The translations under genes were made by a program, and so were the position numbers. Under the pieces are notes generated by a model. The model did no database searches. It was given only the letters and a program-made list of their open reading frames with translations, and was not told the DNA's origin. Source: Octopus bimaculoides (lineage: Eukaryota). Taken from it: a stretch of 41,014 nucleotides of DNA. Numbering within the stretch: the first letter of the stretch is position 1; every line of letters begins with the position of its first letter. Positions 1 to 12,033 of this stretch are shown one piece after another. Location: the NCBI RefSeq assembly GCF_001194135.2, contig NC_068985.1, positions 53,147,757 through 53,188,770 of the forward strand. The letters are read 5' to 3'.

Positions 1-310
1 AGCCTAGTCAGCTTCTGCTTGAAAATCCTGGCAATAAGATCATGCCGATGGCAGTACTGCTGGTGTGGGAGAAGTTCCCGTGTTACCTCAACCCACTTGG
101 GGTTACATGTAAACGTGATGAATAAATCAGGGCGTCCATAGTGCCGAACGAAAGTCATAGTGTCTTGTGTTCGCTCGTGCATGTATCATGGCCCCCCTGT
201 ACATGTTGAGGGGAGAATGCACATTTTGCCGATGTTTCTTGGGTCAGCGTCATTATTGATGCCATCACGCAAATGGATGTAGGAATCTGATCGCAGCTTC
301 TTCTAAGTGA
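1..310 (-). mobile_element. Helitron Rep/helicase coding remnant (Helitron_like_N region) with one in-frame stop
   Basis: Minus strand reads KLRSDSYIHLRDGINNDADPRNIGKMCILPSTCTGGP*YMHERTQDTMTFVRHYGRPDLFITFTCNPKWVEVTRELLPHQQYCHRHDLIARIFKQKLTR. The G.PDLFITFTCNPKW motif is diagnostic. Confidence 0.93.
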
Positions 311-1853
311 CAGGTATTTGCATGTATCTGTGTATTTGTATGTAAGTGTATAGGTGGCATTTCATGTGCGGAATAAAAGGTGAAAGTTGTTATAGAAAGA
401 GGAAATGATATTGTGTTACAGGGGAAAATATTTATTTGACTGTTTTTTTCTTTCGTTTCTCTGTTAGGGTTTAGTTCCCGCCAATTAGAATGAGGTCATT
501 GGTAACCATAGGTACATATATATGTGTGTATTTACGTATGATTGGCAGTGTGTCTGTTTATTTGACTCTCACTCCCCTTCGTTTCTTTGTCTTTTTTCTT
601 GGATCGTTGGTAAACGTTCATAAGAGAAAGTAGCAATTGAAACGATGTGTAAGAGGAATAGAAATAGTTAATTTTAGAGGGGCAAAGTAATTCTGTATNN
701 NNNNNNNNNNNNNNNNNNNNNNNNNNNNNNNNNNNNNNNNNNNNNNNNNNNNNNNNNNNNNNNNNNNNNNNNNNNNNNNNNNNNNNNNNNNNNNNNNNNN
801 NNNNNNNNNNNNNNNNNNNNNNNNNNNNNNNNNNNNNNNNNNNNNNNNNNNNNNNNNNNNNNNNNNNNNNNNNNNNNNNNNNNNNNNNNNNNNNNNNNNN
901 NNNNNNNNNNNNNNNNNNNNNNNNNNNNNNNNNNNNNNNNNNNNNNNNNNNNNNNNNNNNNNNNNNNNNNNNNNNNNNNNNNNNNNNNNNNNNNNNNNNN
1001 NNNNNNNNNNNNNNNNNNNNNNNNNNNNNNNNNNNNNNNNNNNNNNNNNNNNNNNNNNNNNNNNNNNNNNNNNNNNNNNNNNNNNNNNNNNNNNNNNNNN
1101 NNNNNNNNNNNNNNNNNNNNNNNNNNNNNNNNNNNNNNNNNNNNNNNNNNNNNNNNNNNNNNNNNNNNNNNNNNNNNNNNNNNNNNNNNNNNNNNNNNNN
1201 NNNNNNNNNNNNNNNNNNNNNNNNNNNNNNNNNNNNNNNNNNNNNNNNNNNNNNNNNNNNNNNNNNNNNNNNNNNNNNNNNNNNNNNNNNNNNNNNNNNN
1301 NNNNNNNNNNNNNNNNNNNNNNNNNNNNNNNNNNNNNNNNNNNNNNNNNNNNNNNNNNNNNNNNNNNNNNNNNNNNNNNNNNNNNNNNNNNNNNNNNNNN
1401 NNNNNNNNNNNNNNNNNNNNNNNNNNNNNNNNNNNNNNNNNNNNNNNNNNNNNNNNNNNNNNNNNNNNNNNNNNNNNNNNNNNAGTACACTCTGTACTGT
1501 GAAGTGGTTAGCAATAAAAAGCATAGATCCAGCTATAGGAACCATGCCAAGGTTCTGCTAGTCTAATCTTGCCAAGAACTATTTCAGTATCTTTTGGTGC
1601 CATGAGAAAATGCACCCAGTACACTCTGTACTGTGAAGTGGTTAGCAATAAAAAGCATAGATCCAGCTATAGGAACCATGCCAAATGACAAGTATAAACA
1701 CTTAGTTTCTGTGAATTGTAGCTCCCAATGAGAGAGAACTCATTCAACCCATGCTAGCATGGAAAGCAGATTTATGATGACGATGACTTTATATGGATGT
1801 AGCATACATACTTACAGGTTGAGATAAATAAAAAAAAAAAACAGGAAACTTAC

Positions 1854-2000
1854 CAGAATATTCATCAAAATCAGGAAGAACTGTAAATAAATTCTCTGCT
1901 GTTATATCCTGAAGCTCACTGGTAAGTTCAACATGACAAATGAAAGGCAGAATTGCTTTAGCAAGACTGGCTGCCACAAGGGATGCCGGACAATTTCCTC
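1854..2000 (-). CDS. NUP210: NUP210 exon (last seen), phase 1-1, (G)GNCPASLVAASLAKAILPFICHVELTSELQDITAENLFTVLPDFDEYS(G)
   Basis: Acceptor atattaacag, donor gtaagt, 147 nt. Cys spacing and FTV.P.FD match GECTP...ISCQSQF...DVFTVEPQFD. Confidence 0.87.
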
Positions 2001-3499
2001 CTGTTAATATAAACATGCAAAATAAATAAGAACAAAATCAAAAGTAATAAGATAAAGAGCAATAAAACTAAGTGAACCAGGAAACCCAAAGTCTTGCCAT
2101 TTCTCATATTTCTCACCAACTATCTCCAACCAACAGTGATGATGACCAACCCATCTCACCATGTCATCCAATATACATCTTCTCTTTGCAGCATATCCTT
2201 ACAGATCTTTCGTCCTACATAATCTTTAACTTCTTTCAATCACTGAACTGCAGCCATGTTAGGGCACCCCCGTGAAGCATTTTAGCTGAACACATTGAGC
2301 CCAGTACATATGTTTTCTAAGTCATATACTTATTCTATTGGGTCCTTTTATTGAACTGCTAAGTTAGAAGGGCATATATATATATATATATATANNNNNN
2401 NNNNNNNNNNNNNNNNNNNNNNNNNNNNNNNNNNNNNNNNNNNNNNNNNNNNNNNNNNNNNNNNNNNNNNNNNNNNNNNNNNNNNNNNNNNNNNNNNNNN
2501 NNNNNNNNNNNNNNNNNNNNNNNNNNNNNNNNNNNNNNNNNNNNNNNNNNNNNNNNNNNNNNNNNNNNNNNNNNNNNNNNNNNNNNNNNNNNNNNNNNNN
2601 NNNNNNNNNNNNNNNNNNNNNNNNNNNNNNNNNNNNNNNNNNNNNNNNNNNNNNNNNNNNNNNNNNNNNNNNNNNNNNNNNNNNNNNNNNNNNNNNNNNN
2701 NNNNNNNNNNNNNNNNNNNNNNNNNNNNNNNNNNNNNNNNNNNNNNNNNNNNNNNNNNNNNNNNNNNNNNNNNNNNNNNNNNNNNNNNNNNNNNNNNNNN
2801 NNNNNNNNNNNNNNNNNNNNNNNNNNNNNNNNNNNNNNNNNNNNNNNNNNNNNNNNNNNNNNNNNNNNNNNNNNNNNNNNNNNNNNNNNNNNNNNNNNNN
2901 NNNNNNNNNNNNNNNNNNNNNNNNNNNNNNNNNNNNNNNNNNNNNNNNNNNNNNNNNNNNNNNNNNNNNNNNNNNNNNNNNNNNNNNNNNNNNNNNNNNN
3001 NNNNNNNNNNNNNNNNNNNNNNNNNNNNNNNNNNNNNNNNNNNNNNNNNNNNNNNNNNNNNNNNNNNNNNNNNNNNNNNNNNNNNNNNNNNNNNNNNNNN
3101 NNNNNNNNNNNNNNNNNNNNNNNNNNNNNNNNNNNNNNNNNNNNNNNNNNNNNNNNNNNNNNNNNNNNNNNNNNNNNNNNNNNNNNNNNNNNNNNNNNNN
3201 NNNNNNNNNNNNNNNNNNNNNNNNNNNNNNNNNNNNNNNNNNNNNNNNNNNNNNNNNNNNNNNNNNNNNNNNNNNNNNNNNNNNNNNNNNNNNNNNNNNA
3301 TATATATATATATATATATATGCCTGCATACATGCTATATACATACTCATCATTGATGCACCTGGTAGTATTGAGGAAAATGTGTAGGCCATTGAGAAAT
3401 AAAAAGCTGTTTACGAAAGATATATTGAAGAATTCATTACTTGGATGCAGGTGCTTGCAAACATCTCTAGAAGCAATGTGCCAAATACTTCAGCATTCT

Positions 3500-5860
3500 T
3501 CCTAAGTCCTCATCCTCAGGGCTGCTATGTTAAAATGTTGGTACAATGAAACACCAGTCCAGTGAGATTGTTGAAATGCTAGAGGAGAAAGCTGCAGATG
3601 TGTGCAGTGTACAAGAGGTGGAAGGGTGAGGAGCCTCAACTAGATACACATGGACTAGGAATATAGGTAAAACTCTTCTGTGAAGGCGTGGGTGATGTAG
3701 ACACACTCTTATCCAAGAAATGAGTAGACAAAATGATTGAAGTAGTCAGAGTGTATGATAGGATTAAGCTAAGTTTAGTATTAGATTATACTACAGTAAG
3801 ATTTATCTCAGCACATGCCTCACAAGCTGAACTGAAGGACCATTTCTACGAGTCTACAAATTATTTCAATGATGAACAACAAAGACTTTATTCTTGAGGC
3901 TGGTGATTTCAATGGACATGTTTGGTAGTATTCCAATGGATTTCATGGTGTACATGGAGGCTATGGGTTTAGTTCAAGAAATGAGGTGGAAAAAGGCTGC
4001 TGCAGTTCTGTGATGCTAATGGTTTGTTGATCTGCAATATTAACTTCAGGAAACCTACCAGCCACTTGATCTCTCAAATGAGCACACAAACCAGACTCAC
4101 TGACATTTTCACCAGTAAATGGGATAAGAAGATGCTTGTCAATGCAAAGTTTTTTTCCGAGTAAAGAATGTACTACCCAACATAGGTCAGTAGTTACTGC
4201 CATCAGACTTAGAGCAAGAAGGTCTCAGAGATGCAAACTCATCTGGAAAAGGAAGATTTGGAAGCTTATGGATCCTTCAAACAATCAGAGATTTAGGAAT
4301 GTACTAATTAAAACATGATGTTAAGGAGGAGATAGAGACATATAACATAGAGCACAACTTAAAATTCTTATGAGACAACCTGTTGAGGGTTACAGACCAA
4401 ATCTGTGACCTGGTGCAAAATTCCAGCAAGAGCAATAGTGACGTAGCATTGGAACAGAGAAGTAGAAAGGTTTGGAAGAATGAGAGCAGCAGAGAACTTT
4501 TTGCAGGTAGCCAGGAGAGAAGGTAAGAGGCAGGTCTATTTAGCAAAGGAAGAAGCAGAACAGAAGAGATTTGCCAATATTCTACAGCATGAAGACCAAA
4601 AGCATGAGGTGTTCCAAATTGCAAGGCAGTGTATCAGAGAAACTGGAGATGTTGTGGAAGAGATCAGAGAACTTTTACCTCTGTTGGTATCAGAAAGCAT
4701 CTCTCTCAGAGTGAAAGGTAGGTTGTATGATGCCTGTGTACGGACAGCAATGCTATATGGTTGTGAAACTTGGGCTGTAAATGCAGAGGACATGCAAAGA
4801 CTAGAAAGAAATGAAACTAGCATGTTTTGATGAATGTACAACGGTGTGCATGTATGACTAAGTACAAAAAAATTGGGGCATAAGAGGCATCAGATGTAGT
4901 GTGCAGTAGAGAAAATTGCACTAGTATGGTCAGATGATGTAGATGAATAAGGGCAGTCATATAAAGTGCCACTCGTGAAACATGGAAGGAGCCTGTTGAA
5001 AAAGAAGACCTAGTTAGGCATGGGACAAAGTGGTGAAGACTGATCTCAAGATGTTGAGCCACTCAGTGGTGACAAAGGACCAAGATTAATTACTATATAC
5101 CAGGGGTTTTCAAACTTTTTGACTTGCGGACCCCTTTATATTTCAGGCTTTACTTTAGGGACCCCCTTATAAACGCTTATGAAATTTATACATAAATATT
5201 TGCTTAAAATAACATATATTTTTACATTTATTTATTTAACAGTATTTAACAAATAGGTTTATTGTCAATTAAAAGATTTCGATTAAAAAACATATATAAA
5301 ATCAAATTGCCCATAAAAAGTATTTGCTGTCCACGGACCCCCTGTCTTGTCCTTGCGGACCCCCTGTGGTCCGGGGACCACAGTTTAAAAACCCCTGCTA
5401 TATGCTGTGCTAGAGAAGACCTGTCCATTTCAACAGAATTGAGCTTCAGTCAAGCTTTCCCCAACAACTCATCTCCTAACCCATTTTTCTATCACTCTTC
5501 TATGTTACCCAATTTCCTTCCTTCACCCACCCTTCACTAAAGTTATTCTCTGTGTCCCTATCTCTAATCCTCTGTCACTATTCTTATTTACTCAGCACAC
5601 TTACCTACACATCTACCTTTTCTGCCCCTCTGTCCCATTCTGTCCCTTATATTCATCTTGTACCTTGACCTCACATCTCTCTCTCTAAATGGCAAGCCAT
5701 ATATCCACCTCTTCAACAAGACACTTCTTCCTGTCTCTCTATTCTAGTTTCTCATCTCCACCAGTCTATACTCCATTTGGCTGAAGTGTCTAGTCTTGAG
5801 TATTTGGTGACTTCACCAGTGCTGATGCCATGTAAAAAACACCAAGTACACTTTATAAAG
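3500..5860 (+). mobile_element. Degenerate RTE-clade LINE: AP-endonuclease part, RT deleted, C-terminal ORF end and 3'UTR
   Basis: Motifs NVGTM..SSEIVEMLE...DVCSVQEV (~3535), GDFNGHV (3901) and RELLPLLV...VKGRLYDACVRTAMLYGCETWA...RLERNE (4665-4820), with many stops and frameshifts. Confidence 0.88.
5101..5397. mobile_element. hAT (Charlie/MER1-like) MITE, 297 bp, nested in the RTE 3' region
   Basis: 16-bp TIR caggggttttcaaact / agtttaaaaacccctg (1 mismatch). 8-bp TSD ctatatac (5093-5100) / ctatatgc (5398-5405). Confidence 0.88.
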
Positions 5861-5861
5861 T

Positions 5862-7005
5862 AGTAAGAGGCAAGTGTAGTAGAGTTACAATATTTTTCAT
5901 TCGAAAATCAATAAATATGGGCTTTAAAATTTACAGTACTGCCTATATAAAACTTATCCAAATTACCCTCCTCTTTAACAACGCATTTATATAATGGCAT
6001 TAGTAGTGAGACAGAACCCATCAAGTGAGCATAATCCAGGGTTTCTACAATTACAGGATTTACCAGAGCCGTCCCTAACCTTATTACTAATACTAACATT
6101 ACTTATCTGGCTTCCCATGTTCATTCCTTCACATATCTCATTACTTGGGGATGGAAAGACCAGTGGAAGCAAATGGTTTGTAGCACTAACTTTAGGCATG
6201 TTAGAGCTTACCTGCCCAATACCAGGGTTTTCAGCAGAAGAATACTTCCTGTGCACTTGCCCATTTAACTTGCTTCTATTTATAGATGCAATAATGGAGG
6301 CCAAATTTGGCATTACTAAGTAAGAAAATTTGATGGAGAACTTATTGCAGATGTTATAGTGTTTATGATTCGTTGGGAAATTCTCCTTCAAAACCCTAAA
6401 AAACTGCTTGGGCAAGTTTCTTACTCTAAGAGAAAAAGAAGAGGTGAACCATATGACTTCTCGAATTCTAGAACGTGAGCTCTTGGTTTTACTCATCTAC
6501 TCACTACCACTATTTCATTTCCAGTATCTATTCCTAACATCTTTATATACGTGTCTAACTGATGGCTTATATTGGTTGCAATCAGATAATGCATTGCATT
6601 TCTCCCGACTATCTGTGACATGGTCAGGTGGTAAACCAGCCATTTTGTTTTTTTAAATCTCATGTTAAGTATATATGAGATTTTAGTTTTGAAGCCGCTT
6701 AATTTTAGAGGGTTGTTGTATACCGGCACATGTTGATCAAAAATCTCTTCGTTTGCAGACAAGTTAGAGATTAGTGGATTTTGGATGATTGGAGGCGACA
6801 TTGATATATGAGATGGATTTGTTTGTAACCCGTATCCAAATTCAAAGTAACATCCAAGAAGTTCACCACTCTGGAGTTAACATCAAAAATAATGTTAAGA
6901 TCAAAGAAATCCTTTAAGAAACCTCTCAGGGATTTTCTCAATTTATTCAATGTAGTTTTAGATTGGCCACATATAGCTACAAGTGCATCATTCCTATACA
7001 ACCAC
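5862..7005 (-). mobile_element. Penelope-like retroelement remnant (RT C-terminus/thumb, linker, GIY-YIG endonuclease)
   Basis: LYRNDAL (decayed YRDD), VNFLDVTLNLDTG, REVIWF...KFSYLVMPNLASIIASIN, CNCRNPGLCSLDGFCLTTNAII, YKCVV...KFYIGST, then EKYCNSTTLASY. Frameshifted. Confidence 0.9.
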
Positions 7006-8626
7006 CCCCCACCCACACCCCAATGAGGAGGGGAAAACTATTCTTAATCTGTGACAGGAGGCATAGGCCCCACTAATCGGTCACCTGTGCTGAATCAGAT
7101 GACCCCATAGTAATATCGAAGAAATTGGTGGAATCAGCCCTCCGCCAATCACGTTCATTTTTTTGGTGGGGCCTAAAACTTTAAATAAATTTACTGAGGT
7201 GATCCCTTTTTGCAACCATAAGTTTTATTCTACTTTTCTGAAAGTGTATAGAAGTAGATGTAGTAAATAATATTTAGGTTTACAGGGTTTTGAAACCGGC
7301 AAGTTAGCAATGAAATAATTCATTTTTTGTTTTGGGGGGTTTTNNNNNNNNNNNNNNNNNNNNNNNNNNNNNNNNNNNNNNNNNNNNNNNNNNNNNNNNN
7401 NNNNNNNNNNNNNNNNNNNNNNNNNNNNNNNNNNNNNNNNNNNNNNNNNNNNNNNNNNNNNNNNNNNNNNNNNNNNNNNNNNNNNNNNNNNNNNNNNNNN
7501 NNNNNNNNNNNNNNNNNNNNNNNNNNNNNNNNNNNNNNNNNNNNNNNNNNNNNNNNNNNNNNNNNNNNNNNNNNNNNNNNNNNNNNNNNNNNNNNNNNNN
7601 NNNNNNNNNNNNNNNNNNNNNNNNNNNNNNNNNNNNNNNNNNNNNNNNNNNNNNNNNNNNNNNNNNNNNNNNNNNNNNNNNNNNNNNNNNNNNNNNNNNN
7701 NNNNNNNNNNNNNNNNNNNNNNNNNNNNNNNNNNNNNNNNNNNNNNNNNNNNNNNNNNNNNNNNNNNNNNNNNNNNNNNNNNNNNNNNNNNNNNNNNNNN
7801 NNNNNNNNNNNNNNNNNNNNNNNNNNNNNNNNNNNNNNNNNNNNNNNNNNNNNNNNNNNNNNNNNNNNNNNNNNNNNNNNNNNNNNNNNNNNNNNNNNNN
7901 NNNNNNNNNNNNNNNNNNNNNNNNNNNNNNNNNNNNNNNNNNNNNNNNNNNNNNNNNNNNNNNNNNNNNNNNNNNNNNNNNNNNNNNNNNNNNNNNNNNN
8001 NNNNNNNNNNNNNNNNNNNNNNNNNNNNNNNNNNNNNNNNNNNNNNNNNNNNNNNNNNNNNNNNNNNNNNNNNNNNNNNNNNNNNNNNNNNNNNNNNNNN
8101 NNNNNNNNNNNNNNNNNNNNNNNNNNNNNNNNNNNNNNNNNNNNNNNNNNNNNNNNNNNNNNNNNNNNNNNNNNNNNNNNNNNNNNNNNNNNNNNNNNNN
8201 NNNNNNNNNNNNNNNNNNNNNNNNNNNNNNNNNNNGCTTATTCGCAGTCCTAATTATTCACAGAACGATTAATTGTTTGCATAAACCACTGCATATTCGC
8301 GGAATCATAAATATCTGCAATTTGTTTATGGCTTCTTTTGTGGCAATATATATTTTTTCCCACTTTTTAAGGCTAAATTATTAATAACAATATACCATAT
8401 TTGCCGGCTTATTGGACACCCCTACATAGCTGAAGCTCCCTCTGATTAAGAATAGCCACGCATCACATCACTTGATTGTTTTAGATACAAGTACACTGTA
8501 TCTTGTATCTCTTATTCCTACTTTCAATCAAAGCTTGCTAATTAGTAAAGCAACATCTATGTATATTTCACACACACACACTCACTCACTCACTCTCTCT
8601 GTATGTATATATGTATATATATATAT

Positions 8627-10120
8627 ATGGACGAGACTGGCTTGTTCTGGACAAAGATGCCTTACAAAGCGTACATCATGAAGGACGAAGCCAGAGCCCT
8701 AGGATTTAAGGCACAGAAGCACAGAGTAATGCTAATTATGTGTGGCATTGCTGCTGTCTTCATGATGAAACTAGGACTTATCTGCAAGTCTGTGAACCCG
8801 AGGGCCTTCAAAAGTAAGAAAAATCATCTGCTGCCTATCCACTGGATGCACAACCCCAAGCCCTGGATTACCAAAAGTTTAATTTTGAATTGGTGCCACC
8901 AATGCTTCATCCCTCAAGCAAAGGAATACCTCCAAAATGTATGCATAGAATTCAAGGTGTTGCTTGTTCTGGATAATGCTGGTGGTCACTCTTTGGATTT
9001 GAATCACAAGGGACTCTAAGTTGAGTTCCTCTCTGCTAACATCACCTCCCTCATCCAGCCTACGGATCAAAGCGTGATCCGTGCCTTCAAGGCACTTTGC
9101 ACTCGGAACTCTCTCTAACACCTCGTAGACACAGTGGATTCGGACGAGAATTTTAAGTTAAAGGAGTACTTGTGTAACTTCACGATCGCAACGCGCTTGT
9201 CAGTCATCCACACTCCCCTTAAAGACATAAAAAAAAAGAGAAACAATCGCATGCTGGAAGGTATGGCCAGAGTGTGTCCAGGACTACGAGGGCTTCTCAC
9301 CTGAAGATATTTAGTACAAGATTGTCAACAATGTGGTGAAACTGGCAAAGGTACTTGGTGGTGAAGGCTTTGACGACATCACACAAGATGAGGTCAACAA
9401 TCTCATTGATGCCCACTCTGGAACCCTGACACACGAAGATTTGTTTAGAGTTAATGAAGTCTACCAGCAAAGAGGAGGAGGAAGTGCCAGAATGTCTGTC
9501 CGACCTTTTAAAGAGAGCAAAGGAAATTACAAGGGAAAGTGGAAGCATAGGATCCCTATATGGTTCAGTGTCTCCAATTTAAAAATGCCATCAATGCTGC
9601 CATGTAGACATATAAAACTCTACTCACTACCATGAAGAAACAACGACCACAACTTCCCATCACAATGTTCCTCAAGGTCACCAAGACAGCCTTGCAGGAA
9701 GATATGACATCCCCTAAAACATCTGAAGAAGAGGCATCACCTGAAGAGCTTTAAATCTTCATTGTTTTATTTTTATTATCATTCTCTTAAATCAATATCA
9801 TTCATTATTGGTTAGTAACCATACATTTTACTTTATTTTTTATTAAATTATTATTAAATATTATATATATANNNNNNNNNNNNNNNNNNNNNNNNNNNNN
9901 NNNNNNNNNNNNNNNNNNNNNNNNNNNNNNNNNNNNNNNNNNNNNNNNNNNNNNNNNNNNNNNNNNNNNNNNNNNNNNNNNNNNNNNNATATATATATAT
10001 ATATATACACACATAATATTTTACGTTATATTTTGACATTATAGGCATTTTTATGGACCATGTCTAATACTCACGGTTTTTCATTATTCGCGGGTGCTCT
10101 AGGAATGTAACCCTCGCAAA
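8627..10120 (+). mobile_element. Tigger1/TIGD1-like (pogo family) DNA transposon remnant, 5'-truncated
   Basis: MDETGLFW...FKAQKHRV...W.HNPKPWIT...KVLLVLDNAGGH, then LIQPTDQSVIRAFKAL and EGFDDITQDEVNNLIDAH. Right-end-like sequence near 10075-10120. Stops and frameshifts. Confidence 0.9.
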
Positions 10121-11246
10121 TACACATATGGGCTTCTTTCAGCTTCCATCAACCATATCCACTCACAAGGCTTTGGTTGGCTTGAAGCTATAGTAGAAGA
10201 CACTTGCCCAAGGTGCCACAAGGTGAACCATGTAGCAGAGAAGCAAGCTTCTTACCACACAGCCTTGCCTGTGCCTATATATATGAGGGTTTGGGTGTGT
10301 GTGCGTACGTTTGAAAGCTTTCCAATTCAGCTTATTTCTACTCAACATTTTACAAAAGATATTGGTTAGGATGTCTGTTTGTCTATCTATCTATCTATCT
10401 ATCTCTATCCATCTCCCTATCTATCTATCTATCTACCTATCTATCTTATTTATCAATCTACCACTAAACCTTTTAAACGTTCTGAACTTTTGAAGCTTCT
10501 GAACCTTTGAACTTTGGAAATTCGAAAAAAAAAAAGAAAACTTTCTGGATTTTCTCAACTGAGGATTTCCAAAGACCTCCTCACAGTTCACTGTTCATAT
10601 AAAAAATTTTTAATATTTAAAAAAAATTTTTAATATTTTTTCTTGTTTTTCTTTCTTCATTTTTCCTTTTTCAATTTCCCAATTTTCTATTTTGTCAGTT
10701 CTCCATGGTTTTCTCTCCATTGCCCAACTCTACCATCTTTCACCCTTAGCCCTTGGTTTCCCTATCGATAAACTGCTACAAACCTCCCCCAAGTAACATC
10801 TCTCCTTCTACCAATTCATTCTTTCGTCCTAGCTCAACTTCACTACTCTTAGTATAACACCCCACTCTCACCATCCTACTACAGCATCACCCTGTCACAT
10901 CTCTCTGTACTAGTCAACATTTTACATCAGTGTTTATCATACTTTTTTAGGCTTTTGCCACTTGACACCCAGGCCACATTCCTAGCACCCCGCTCACTCA
11001 CCAGCACAAATATAGACCACTTTCTGTAGTCAATTCAAAACAAGTTTATTTCACAAATAAAACTCTTTTTTCTTCTTTTTTTGCACATCCATTGCCCCCG
11101 TTTGGCCACCTTATTATTGCCCAACTTTTCTTCAATGCCTGCTGGATCTATCTACTGCTTCCGAAGGGACAGTACTGCCCACTTTGGCAACCACTGTTTT
11201 ACAAGAAGCTGAAAGAGTTGAAAAACAAGAGAACAGGAAATCTTAC

Positions 11247-11367
11247 CTATGAAGCTTTTCTGATGACTCAATTTCACAGGGAAGAGATAAACTTTTTGAT
11301 GACCAACATTTGACACAAATGCTGTAGTGTTTTCCAGAAAGATTTCACCAACGGCTTCAACCACGAC
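11247..11367 (-). CDS. NUP210: NUP210 exon, phase 0-1, VVVEAVGEIFLENTTAFVSNVGHQKVYLFPVKLSHQKSFI(G)
   Basis: Acceptor tattgattgcag, donor gtaaga, 121 nt. Similarity is weaker, but position, VVV start and phase fit. Confidence 0.82.
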
Positions 11368-11435
11368 CTGCAATCAATAAAAATAAAATATCACAATGAA
11401 GCAAGTTTTAATGAACAAATTAGTTTATCTTCCAT

Positions 11436-11785
11436 CTTTTGCTTGTTTCAGTCATTGGACTACAGCCATACTGCAGTACTTAAATCCATCACAGTACTCA
11501 TATTTATAAGCCTGGTGTTTATTCTTTAAGTCTCCTTTTGCTGAACTGCTAAGTTAAGGGGACCTAAACAAACCAACACAGACTGTTAAATGGTGGTGAA
11601 ACAAACAATGACATGAATACACACACACAACAGGCTTCTTTGAGTTTCCATCTAACAAATCCTCTCACAAGAATTTTGGTTGGTCCAGGGCTATAGCAGA
11701 CAACAGTTGCCCAAGGTGCCATGCAGTGGAACTGAACCCAAAACAATGCATTGGAAAGCTAGCTTCTTACCAAATAGTCATGCCT
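11436..11785 (-). mobile_element. Degenerate tRNA-derived SINE (most abundant family in the window)
   Basis: Antisense match to the full copy at 37552-37945 (tail ttgtttcagtcatt, gaactgctaagtt, ggcttctttgagtttcc, cccaaggtgccatgcagtgg). Confidence 0.8.
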
Positions 11786-12033
11786 GCAATGATTACAAGA
11801 TTAACATGTTAGCATTTAAAACTGGCCATAGCAGGTCGAAACATACTAGTTTCATGTTCAGATTAATCAGATCCTGCCTCTCACACCCGTTCTACAATGT
11901 CATTCTGAAAATAAGCAATCATTTCATAGATAATGCAGGATTAATTCAAAACAATGTGAATAAATAAACATTACATTTGACAGAGTAATCTAAATGCTAA
12001 AGGATTAGCTCTAAAAATGATAATGGATCAATA

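Noticed and set aside
1810-1815. Second GTAAGT 38 nt past the donor of the last exon
   Set aside because: Using it would shift the frame, and there is no evidence of use.
7001-7021. G-run cluster at the Penelope 5' truncation (possible G-quadruplex RT stall)
   Set aside because: Only a marginal two-tier pattern and a single instance.
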